From Clostridia bacterium (GTDB taxonomy: Bacteria; Bacillota; Clostridia; Christensenellales; Borkfalkiaceae), in assembly GCA_017479185.1 (NCBI GenBank), contig JAFVCP010000024.1, positions 1 to 50,820 on the forward strand: a stretch of DNA of 50,820 nucleotides, given 5' to 3'. Every line of letters begins with the position of its first letter. Within the stretch, counting starts at the first letter, position 1. The translations under genes and the position numbers were made by a program. The notes beneath the pieces were generated by a model. The model made no database searches and was not told the origin of the DNA. It worked only from the letters and a program-made list of their open reading frames with translations. Shown one piece after another: positions 43,486 through 50,796 of this stretch.

Positions 43486-45060
43486 TTATTTGGTTTCTTC
43501 GAGATATTCGTCGTAGGTAACCGGACGATCGTAGATCTTTTTCTCGTCTATCTCTATTATTCTGTTCGCGACCGTATTCATAAGTTCGCGGTCGTGGCTG
43601 GTGATGAGCATACAGCCTTTAAACGCCGTAAGCCCGTCGTTTAAAGAGGTTATGGATTCGAGGTCGAGGTGGTTAGTCGGTTCGTCCAATATCATAAAAT
43701 TACCGCCCTCGAGCATCATTTTCGCGAGCATACACCTTACCTTTTCTCCGCCCGAAATTACCGACGCTTTTTTGAGCGCCTCTTCGCCGGAAAACAGCAT
43801 TCTTCCAAGCCAACCCCTTACGAATTCCTCGTAATGATCGTATGAAAAGCGACTTAACCATTCTACGAGAGATAAATCGCAACCGTTGAAATATTCGTCG
43901 TTATTTTGCGGAAGATAAGTCGGCGTTATGGTTTTTCCCCATTTAAAATAACCGCTCGTCGCATCTTCTTTTCCCATTAAAATATCGTACAGCATAGTGA
44001 TAACCTTACTGCTTCTTCCGACTATACCTATTTTATCATCTCTTCCGACTGTAAAACTTATATTCTCAAAATATCCCTCTTTGCTGAGATTTTCGACGAA
44101 AAGGATATCGTTGCCTATCTCTCTGTCGTATTTAAAATTGATATAGGGATATTTCCTCGAAGAAACTTTTATATCGTTTATAGTTAGTTTTTCGAGTTCT
44201 TTTTTTCTCGCGGTCGCCTGTTTTGACTTCGAGGCGTTGGCGGAAAACCTCGCTATAAAGTCCTGCAACTCCTTGGCGCGCTGTTCCGCCTTTTTATTTT
44301 GCTCTTTTTGCTGGCGGGCGATAAGTTGGCTGGTTCTGTACCAAAAATCGTAGTTGCCGAAATAGACGTTTATCCTACCGAAATCGACGTCGCAGATATA
44401 AGTGCAGACTTTATTGAGAAAATATCTGTTGTGCGAAACGATAATTATAGTATTTTCATAATCCATAAGGAAATCTTCGAGCCACTCTGTAGTGCGAAGG
44501 TCGAGATTGTTGGTAGGCTCGTCGAGGAGAAGAACGTCGGGATTGCCGAAAAGCGCCTGCGCGAGAAGAATTTTGACCTTATCTTTTCCGTCGAGAGCGG
44601 ACATTTTCTCTTGATATTTATCCGCGGGAATATCGAGAGCGGACAAGAGTTTTTCCGCTTCCGATTCGGCGTCCCACCCGCCGAGTTCGGCAAATTCGTT
44701 TTCGAGATCCGCCGCCTTTATTCCGTCCTCGTCCGAAAAGTCCTCTTTTGCGTATAAAGCGTCCTTTTCGTCCATTATATCGACCAATCTCTTATGCCCG
44801 AGCATTACCGTTCTTATGACGGTTTCGTCGTCGAAAGCGTTCTGATCCTGACGAAGTACGGACATTCTCTCGTTTTTATCCAAGGTTACCTCGCCCTTTT
44901 GGGGTTCGATCTCGCCGGACAAAATTTTCAGGAAAGTGGACTTTCCCGCTCCGTTGGCGCCGATAACGCCGTAACAATTTCCCTTCGTAAATTTAACGTT
45001 TACGTCCTCGAAGAGTTTTCTGCTCCCGAATTGCAAACTAACACCGTTTACTTGTAACAT
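43486..45060 (-). CDS. ABC-F family ATPase (YbiT/YkpA-like)
   Basis: 524 aa with two NBDs and no TMD (GANGAGKST ... LSGGEKVR). It aligns by eye along its length with E. coli YbiT as I remember it. Confidence 0.85.
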   Translation of the reverse strand: MLQVNGVSLQFGSRKLFEDVNVKFTKGNCYGVIGANGAGKSTFLKILSGEIEPQKGEVTLDKNERMSVLRQDQNAFDDETVIRTVMLGHKRLVDIMDEKDALYAKEDFSDEDGIKAADLENEFAELGGWDAESEAEKLLSALDIPADKYQEKMSALDGKDKVKILLAQALFGNPDVLLLDEPTNNLDLRTTEWLEDFLMDYENTIIIVSHNRYFLNKVCTYICDVDFGRINVYFGNYDFWYRTSQLIARQQKEQNKKAEQRAKELQDFIARFSANASKSKQATARKKELEKLTINDIKVSSRKYPYINFKYDREIGNDILFVENLSKEGYFENISFTVGRDDKIGIVGRSSKVITMLYDILMGKEDATSGYFKWGKTITPTYLPQNNDEYFNGCDLSLVEWLSRFSYDHYEEFVRGWLGRMLFSGEEALKKASVISGGEKVRCMLAKMMLEGGNFMILDEPTNHLDLESITSLNDGLTAFKGCMLITSHDRELMNTVANRIIEIDEKKIYDRPVTYDEYLEETK

Positions 45061-45150
45061 TTCAACCTTCCGTTTTTATTATTTGCATAAAACTTCGCCT
45101 CGCAAAGTTTTAATCTTACAACCTACTTATATATTATAACATAAATAAAA

Positions 45151-45178
45151 ATGCTTGCTCGCAAGGGCATTTTTATGA
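45151..45178. promoter_or_regulatory. terminator-like hairpin inside the ABC-F leader
   Basis: ATGCTTGC-TC-GCAAGGGCAT, flanked by an A-run upstream and TTTT downstream on the plus strand. The minus strand therefore also has a U-run after the stem. Confidence 0.4.
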
Positions 45179-45191
45179 TTGCTTTCAATAG

Positions 45192-45264
45192 AGCGTCCGA
45201 AGTTTTCGTTAAGAAAATTTCGGCAAAACCGCAGGTTTTGGTTTGCGCTTAGCAAACCTACGCT
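45192..45264. ncRNA. 73-nt four-way-junction (cloverleaf-shaped) element, unknown class, strand unresolved
   Basis: The closing stem AGCGT (45192-45196) / ACGCT (45260-45264) encloses three abutting hairpins: 45197-45223 (11 bp), 45225-45239 (6 bp) and 45240-45258 (7 bp). Confidence 0.4.
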
Positions 45265-45326
45265 TATATTATATAATAAATCAACGCATAAAACAAGCGA
45301 AATCAAAGCCAAAAATTTTTTTCGAC

Positions 45327-45360
45327 AAAAAAGGCTATCGCGTGGATTTTCGCGATAGCC
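45327..45360 (-). terminator. terminator of the lipoprotein gene
   Basis: GGCTATCGCG / CGCGATAGCC stem, followed on the minus strand by UUUUUUG. Confidence 0.75.
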
Positions 45361-45376
45361 CGATATTCGAATAATT

Positions 45377-46957
45377 TTATTCGCTGACCTCGAAACTTTC
45401 AAGATAAGTTTCAAACGCGGAAGCGTCGCTCTCGCTCATTTGTCCGAGCATTGTTTTTGCGACTGCCTTAACGGTTTCCGAAGTCGCTTCGAACTCGTAG
45501 AAGGTTTCTTTATCCTCGTCGGAAGCGGCGTTATAATCTTTTTCGGTTTCGGTTGCGTTTATAAGATATACATAAGATCTGTAATTCGAATCGCTGTAAA
45601 CCACCGCGACGTAATCGTTTCCGCCTACGGTAAACGCTTCGGGCGCGTACCAGGAAGTGTCGATCGATATCTTATTGAGTCTTACCTCTTTCGCGTTTTC
45701 TTCTTTAATATTTACGCGATAAACGTTATTAGATTCGGTGAAATAGAGATAATCCCCGTTTACGCTTAAAATATTCGCGGTTTTAGCGGTTTCGGAATAA
45801 TACAAAGTTTTTACGCCGAAATCGGTATTTTCATCGTTTCTCGCATTAAAATCGTATTTCAAAATGCCGTAAGTCGAATCGACGAAAATAATACAGTCTT
45901 TCGAAAGGATATAAGACGAACTTCCGAAAATAGAACTTGCGTTCTTATCCCCGTAATTTATTATAGCGTTTTTGGCGTTAGCCCAGGTTTCTTTGCTGTC
46001 GGAAGCGATCTTATCGTCGTCGAGAGCAACGTAGAAAGTTCCGCCGACCGTCGTGTCGAGCGAAGTATACGAGAAATACAAAACTCCGTCTTTATGCTTT
46101 AAAAGATCTATCGTAACTCCCGTGAATCCCTCTCCGTCGCCGGAAAGTTCCTTGCCGATATCTTTATCCGCCGTTACGATATATTTGCCTGCTCCGCTCA
46201 AAACGATCTCGTCTTTGACTTCGTTTCCGAACACTACTTTATGAACGTCCTGATAACTTACCTGACGAGCCTCGGAACTGTCCTCGTCGTAAAGGTTGGT
46301 ATTTACGGGTTTGACCGTAAAATACACGCTGTCGGAAGTTCCGTTATCGTCGAAGAGAACTTCGTCTATGGTTTTTTCATACGAATAAACCTGTTTACAA
46401 CTTTCGGCGTCGTAGACGTAAAGGGACTCGCTGTAAACCGCGAGATAAACTTTATCGCCGCTCTTTAAATATCTGAAAGTCGCGTCGTTTGCGAAATCGA
46501 CGTTCGCTATCTTCGAAGAAGTCGAAGTTCCGTCGAGTTTAGTACGGAAGAAATTGAGTTTATCGTTCTTAACGCTTCCTTTACTGTCTTTTTCTTCCGA
46601 GGGAACGGCGTAATAAACGTAATCCCCGTAAATATAAACTCCCGCCGTTTTATCTCCGGAAACCAAAAGTTTGGAAACGACTATCTCGCTCTTTCCTTCG
46701 GGATCGGCGACGTCGCTCTTCTTTACGCGAGCAAGAGCGCCTTTTACGACCTCTCCGGTCTTATATGCCGTAGAATAACTTTCAACGCCGTTTATAAAGT
46801 AAACGTAGTCGCCCGTTTCGACGAGCGCTCCGCCGTTGGACGCGACGGCGGAGCCTGTCGTATCCATATCTACCTTAACGTTCCCGCCGCCGCAAGAGGC
46901 AAGCGCGAACGCAAGACACAATACCGCTAAAACACATAAAAACTTTTTTGCCATCAT
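45377..46957 (-). CDS. lipoprotein with repeated beta-propeller-like (DUF5050-type) motifs
   Basis: Signal peptide with lipobox ALASC. Recurrent YVYF/YVYY/LYFT motifs (GDYVYFING, GDYVYYAV, GVLYFSY, GDYLYFTE). Confidence 0.7.
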   Translation of the reverse strand: MMAKKFLCVLAVLCLAFALASCGGGNVKVDMDTTGSAVASNGGALVETGDYVYFINGVESYSTAYKTGEVVKGALARVKKSDVADPEGKSEIVVSKLLVSGDKTAGVYIYGDYVYYAVPSEEKDSKGSVKNDKLNFFRTKLDGTSTSSKIANVDFANDATFRYLKSGDKVYLAVYSESLYVYDAESCKQVYSYEKTIDEVLFDDNGTSDSVYFTVKPVNTNLYDEDSSEARQVSYQDVHKVVFGNEVKDEIVLSGAGKYIVTADKDIGKELSGDGEGFTGVTIDLLKHKDGVLYFSYTSLDTTVGGTFYVALDDDKIASDSKETWANAKNAIINYGDKNASSIFGSSSYILSKDCIIFVDSTYGILKYDFNARNDENTDFGVKTLYYSETAKTANILSVNGDYLYFTESNNVYRVNIKEENAKEVRLNKISIDTSWYAPEAFTVGGNDYVAVVYSDSNYRSYVYLINATETEKDYNAASDEDKETFYEFEATSETVKAVAKTMLGQMSESDASAFETYLESFEVSE

Positions 46958-47148
46958 AAAAACTCCTTTAAATGGAATACCTTCGTTTATTTCGGCATAA
47001 TCTGTTAGTAGGACGATTTACCTCTTATTGATTATGCCAACGAAAAACAACCTATATATTTGCTTATATATTATATACTAAATTTTTTAATAACGCAATG
47101 ATTTAAAGACATTTTTTTTCGATAAAAGTTTAAAAAGGAGAAATTTCA

Positions 47149-47508
47149 ATGGAGAAATTCGGTCTTTTCGACCTTATAGAAAAATTTAACGCCTCGGCTA
47201 AAGGTAAAAACGATTTATCTCAGGCGCGTTCCGTCGACGATAACGTTCAAGCAAAAAACAAAAGCGATCTTTTAAGATCCATAAACGTTCCCGCGCAATA
47301 CGCGATGAACAAAAAAATGGAAGATTTTATAAACAAACACGACGCGATCTCTTTGCAAATAGACAAAAACCTTACCAAGACAAAAAAAAGAGGGCGGCCG
47401 CCGAAAAAACGCGAAGAAAAAATTGCGCAACCGAACGAAAAACTTTCCCCTTCTCAACGCAAAAAAAAGAACGCTTTATCCGCAAAACCTAAAAAAACGA
47501 GCGAATAG
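47149..47508 (+). CDS. small lysine-rich protein with an AT-hook-like KKRGRPPKKR motif
   Basis: 119-aa ORF with AAGGAG SD and a terminator downstream. No family recognised. Confidence 0.6.
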   Translation: MEKFGLFDLIEKFNASAKGKNDLSQARSVDDNVQAKNKSDLLRSINVPAQYAMNKKMEDFINKHDAISLQIDKNLTKTKKRGRPPKKREEKIAQPNEKLSPSQRKKKNALSAKPKKTSE

Positions 47509-47584
47509 TATACCTGTTCCTATATTATTACTTTACAAAAAATCCGTCGTTATTTTTTTAATAACAAACGACGATTTACGCGTC

Positions 47585-47624
47585 AAAAAAAAGAGTTCGA
47601 CCGTTAAAACCCGAACTCTTTTTT
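47585..47624. terminator. bidirectional terminator
   Basis: An A-run, then the GAGTTCG ... CGAACTC stem, then a T-run, between convergent genes. Confidence 0.7.
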
Positions 47625-47667
47625 GTTTTCGTTTAAATATTTCCCGAATTTTGACTTGTTGTCCCTT

Positions 47668-47925
47668 TCATTTTTTTAAAATGGAAAAAAGCCCTTTCTT
47701 TTCATATTGTTCTTCGCTTACGGAAAGAACTTTATAGCCCGTTTCTTCTATCGCTCTCTTTACGGCGTCGAGGTCTATTTCGTTATCGAGAATGATCTCC
47801 GTTAAACCCTTTGTGTGAGAGGACGAAACCTTTTTCACGTTCGCCGTTCTTCTGACCGCGTCGTTGACGTGAGCCTCGCACATTCCGCACGACATTCCGT
47901 CCACCTTTAAAATTATTTTTTTCAT
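47668..47925 (-). CDS. heavy-metal-associated (HMA) domain protein, CopZ-like with a C-terminal extension
   Basis: 85 aa with GMSCGMCEAH (MxCxxC). SD is AGGAGA. Confidence 0.8.
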   Translation of the reverse strand: MKKIILKVDGMSCGMCEAHVNDAVRRTANVKKVSSSHTKGLTEIILDNEIDLDAVKRAIEETGYKVLSVSEEQYEKKGLFSILKK

Positions 47926-47943
47926 TGTCAGTCTCCTTGCTTG

Positions 47944-47985
47944 TTAGTTTAGACTAATTATACCGCTTTTTGAAAATTTTGTCAA
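47944..47985 (-). promoter_or_regulatory. consensus promoter of the HMA gene with a palindrome directly after the -10
   Basis: On the minus strand: TTGACA (47980-47985), a 17-nt spacer, then TATAAT (47957-47962). The palindrome TTAGTTTAGACTAA lies at 47944-47957. Confidence 0.55.
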
Positions 47986-48042
47986 GCGTTATACGGCGAA
48001 GATCGCGATCGGCTCGCTTGAAAAGTTTTTGGGGTTTTACAC

Positions 48043-48071
48043 TTGATAACCTCGTCTTTTTATGATATAAT
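48043..48071 (+). promoter_or_regulatory. near-consensus extended -10 promoter ending 6 nt before the macrodomain ATG
   Basis: TTGATA (48043-48048), a 17-nt spacer, then TGaTATAAT (48063-48071). The ATG is at 48078 and there is no SD. Confidence 0.6.
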
Positions 48072-48077
48072 TTGTAT

Positions 48078-48863
48078 ATGGAACAAAAAGAGAGAAGAGA
48101 ATATTTAATAAATTATCTCCTTAAAGAAGGGGGATACGACGCGCCCGTTCCTAAAAGCGAGATCGAAGAAAAAAGGCTTTTGCGTTCGCTGTTTAACGTT
48201 AGAATGCCGAATGCCGCGAGCGAAGAGTTTTTAAAGATACAGGACGAATATCTACACGTGGAAATTGCGAAAAAAGGGATCACGGATTGCGAAAAACTGA
48301 CCTATACGCGGGGATTGACAGTTTGGCAGGGAGATATTACCACCTTAAAGGCAGACGGTATCGTAAACGCCGCGAACTCCCAAATGCTCGGCTGTTTTGC
48401 TCCTTGCCACGCCTGTATCGACAACGCTATCCACACCTTCGCCGGAATACGGTTACGAAAAGAGTGCTATGATATAATGCGTCGTCAACGGACGGAAGAG
48501 CCTACCGGAAGCGCGAAAATAACCAAGGCGTATAACCTTCCGAGCAAGTTCGTTTTACACACCGTCGGACCGATAGTTTCCGATAAACTTACCGAAAAGC
48601 ATAAAGAACAACTCGCGTCGTGTTACAGATCCTGTCTTGCGCTTGCGAAAGAATACGGCTTAAGATCTCTCGCGTTTTGTTGTATTTCGACGGGGGAATT
48701 TCATTTCCCGAACAAAGAAGCCGCCGAAATAGCGGTGTCGACGGTTTCGGATCTCCTCGAAAAAGATAATTACGAAATGAAAGTAATATTCAACGTTTTT
48801 AAGGATACCGATCTTGAAATTTACCAAAAACTCCTCGCGGAGAGGGCGGGAGAAAATTTATGA
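48078..48863 (+). CDS. protein-ADP-ribose hydrolase, zinc-type macrodomain (SirTM-associated class)
   Basis: Macro core (WQGDITTLKADGIVNAANSQMLGCFAPCHACIDNAIHTFAG ... CCISTGEF) with an N-terminal helical extension. Start taken at the ATG rather than the track's TTG at 48072. Confidence 0.8.
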   Translation: MEQKERREYLINYLLKEGGYDAPVPKSEIEEKRLLRSLFNVRMPNAASEEFLKIQDEYLHVEIAKKGITDCEKLTYTRGLTVWQGDITTLKADGIVNAANSQMLGCFAPCHACIDNAIHTFAGIRLRKECYDIMRRQRTEEPTGSAKITKAYNLPSKFVLHTVGPIVSDKLTEKHKEQLASCYRSCLALAKEYGLRSLAFCCISTGEFHFPNKEAAEIAVSTVSDLLEKDNYEMKVIFNVFKDTDLEIYQKLLAERAGENL

Positions 48864-49786
48864 TAATTTCAACGGGAATGAGAACAGATATACCCGCTTT
48901 TTATTCCGATTGGTTTTTAAATAGAATAAAAGAGGGCTTCGTTTTGGTAAGAAACCCCTACTATTATCATCAGGTAACGAGATACGCATTAAACCCGGAG
49001 ATAGTCGATTGTATAACTTTTTGCACGAAAAACCCCGCGCCCATTTTGCCGAGGCTGAACGAACTTAACGCTTACAGACAGTTTTGGTTTATAACCATAA
49101 CTCCTTACGGTAAAAATATAGAACCGCGCGTTCCCGATAAAAATTCGGTCATAGACGCGTTTAAAATCATTTCGGAACGGGTCGGACCGAAAGCGATAGG
49201 TTGGCGATACGATCCCGTTTTTTACGGAGAAGGATTTAATGAAGAAAAACACCTCGAAGCCTTCCGAAAAATCGCCGAAAAGTTAAAAGGGTATACCGAT
49301 TCGTGCGTTTTGAGTTTTCTCGACCTGTACGAAAAGGTCAAACGCAACGCGCCCGGCATTTATTCTCCCGACGCGGAAGAACAAAGATCTTTGGGTAAAA
49401 AACTCGCCGAAATAGCAAGGGAAAACGGTATCACCATAAGGACTTGCTGCGAGGGAACTCATCTGAAAGAATACGGAATAGACGTTTCGGGTTGTCAGAC
49501 GAGATCGGTTATCGAAAGAGCGATCGGCATTACCCTCGACGTTCCCGTTAAACGCAGCCAAAGAAGCGTTTGCGATTGTCTGCTCGGAAACGATATAGGG
49601 TGTTACGATAGTTGCGGACACCTCTGCAAATACTGTTACGCTAACGCCGACGCAAAAAACGTCTTAAACAATATGAAAAGACACGACGACAGATCCCCTT
49701 TTTTGGTAGGCAACCTCGAAAAGGACGACGTTATAACCGAGGCGAAACAAAAAAGTTTTGCAAATTTACAGACAAGTTTATTTTAA
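48860..49786 (+). CDS. DUF1848-family protein with a C-terminal Cys cluster (putative Fe-S)
   Basis: 308 aa. The N-terminus MIISTGMRTDIPAFYSDWFLNRI is typical of DUF1848. Cys cluster: CDCLLGNDIGCYDSCGHLCKYCYAN. There is an ATGA overlap with the macro gene. Confidence 0.7.
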   Translation: MIISTGMRTDIPAFYSDWFLNRIKEGFVLVRNPYYYHQVTRYALNPEIVDCITFCTKNPAPILPRLNELNAYRQFWFITITPYGKNIEPRVPDKNSVIDAFKIISERVGPKAIGWRYDPVFYGEGFNEEKHLEAFRKIAEKLKGYTDSCVLSFLDLYEKVKRNAPGIYSPDAEEQRSLGKKLAEIARENGITIRTCCEGTHLKEYGIDVSGCQTRSVIERAIGITLDVPVKRSQRSVCDCLLGNDIGCYDSCGHLCKYCYANADAKNVLNNMKRHDDRSPFLVGNLEKDDVITEAKQKSFANLQTSLF

Positions 49787-49835
49787 AACGATGAATACAT
49801 AGGTTTAAACCGGAAAACGAATAAGGAGATCTATA

Positions 49836-50702
49836 ATGGAAGAAATAAACTTAAACGACAAAATAGAAAGAACGGTAAAAGTATTACGGGAAGCCGACGC
49901 CGTTATCGTCGGAGCGGGCGCGGGGCTTTCGACCTCCGCGGGATTTTCATACAGCGGAAAAAGATTTCACGAAAATTTCCACGATTTCGAAATGAAATAC
50001 GGATTTAAAGATATGTATTCGGGCGGCTTTTATCCTTACGACACACCCGAAGAAACGTGGGCGTATTGGTCGCGATACGTTTATATAAATCGCTATACAG
50101 ACGCTCCAAAACCCGCCTATAAGAGGCTTTTCGGCATAATTAAAGATAAAAATTATTTCGTTCTGACCACTAACGTCGATCATTGTTTTCAGAAAAACGG
50201 GTTCGATAAGGAAAGGCTATTTTACACGCAAGGCGATTACGGTCTTTTTCAATGCAGTAAGCCCTGTCATAAAAAGACCTACGATAACGAAGAGATAATA
50301 AAGGAAATGTACGCGCGGCAAAAAGATATGAAAATACCGAGCGAACTTATCCCCGTATGCCCCGTTTGCGGTAGACCGATGAGTATGAATTTACGCTCCG
50401 ACGACACCTTCGTAGAGGACGAAGGATGGCGTAAAGCAAGCCAAAGATACGAGGCTTTTATCAAAAAACACGCGAAAGGAAAGGTCGTATTTTTGGAACT
50501 CGGCGTGGGCGGAAATACGCCCGTCATTATAAAATATCCCTTTTGGAGAATGACCTACGCCAACGAAAACGCAACTTACGTCTGCGTAAACTACGGAGAA
50601 GCCGCTTGTCCGGAACAAATCGCCGATCGGTCTATTTGTCTGAATTCGGATATTGGCGAAATCCTCTCCCTCGTCGAAAATAAGATCAAAAAAAGTATTT
50701 GA
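49836..50702 (+). CDS. class M sirtuin (SirTM-like, SIR2 family)
   Basis: 288 aa with VGAGAGLSTSAGF, TTNVDH, CSKPCH...CPVCG zinc site and LELGVG. It aligns by eye along its length with streptococcal SirTM as I remember it. SD is AAGGAG. Confidence 0.8.
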   Translation: MEEINLNDKIERTVKVLREADAVIVGAGAGLSTSAGFSYSGKRFHENFHDFEMKYGFKDMYSGGFYPYDTPEETWAYWSRYVYINRYTDAPKPAYKRLFGIIKDKNYFVLTTNVDHCFQKNGFDKERLFYTQGDYGLFQCSKPCHKKTYDNEEIIKEMYARQKDMKIPSELIPVCPVCGRPMSMNLRSDDTFVEDEGWRKASQRYEAFIKKHAKGKVVFLELGVGGNTPVIIKYPFWRMTYANENATYVCVNYGEAACPEQIADRSICLNSDIGEILSLVENKIKKSI

Positions 50703-50707
50703 ATAAA

Positions 50708-50728
50708 AAAGCGGCATCTCGCCGCTTT
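50708..50728 (+). terminator. first hairpin after the sirtuin gene
   Basis: AAAGCGGC-atctc-GCCGCTTT. The following U-run is weak. Confidence 0.45.
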
Positions 50729-50753
50729 ACCAAAATATTTTCATAATAGAAAG

Positions 50754-50796
50754 GGTCGTTTCTACCATTCGGTAAAAACGACCGTTTTTATTTTTT
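50754..50796 (+). terminator. second, stronger terminator after the sirtuin gene
   Basis: GGTCGTTT (50754-50761) pairs with AAACGACC (50776-50783), followed by GTTTTTATTTTTT. Confidence 0.6.

Noticed and set aside
45192-45264. tRNA gene, because of the cloverleaf shape and 73-nt length
   Set aside because: The closing stem is 5 bp rather than 7. The arms are 11, 6 and 7 bp with loops of 5, 3 and 5 nt. There is no GTTCGAATC-type T-loop, no 7-nt anticodon loop and no D-loop features on either strand.
45127-45414. 95-aa minus-strand ORF in the ABC-F leader region
   Set aside because: It overlaps the end of the lipoprotein gene and its terminator, has no SD and has a low-complexity sequence. 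The region is better explained as structured non-coding RNA/DNA.
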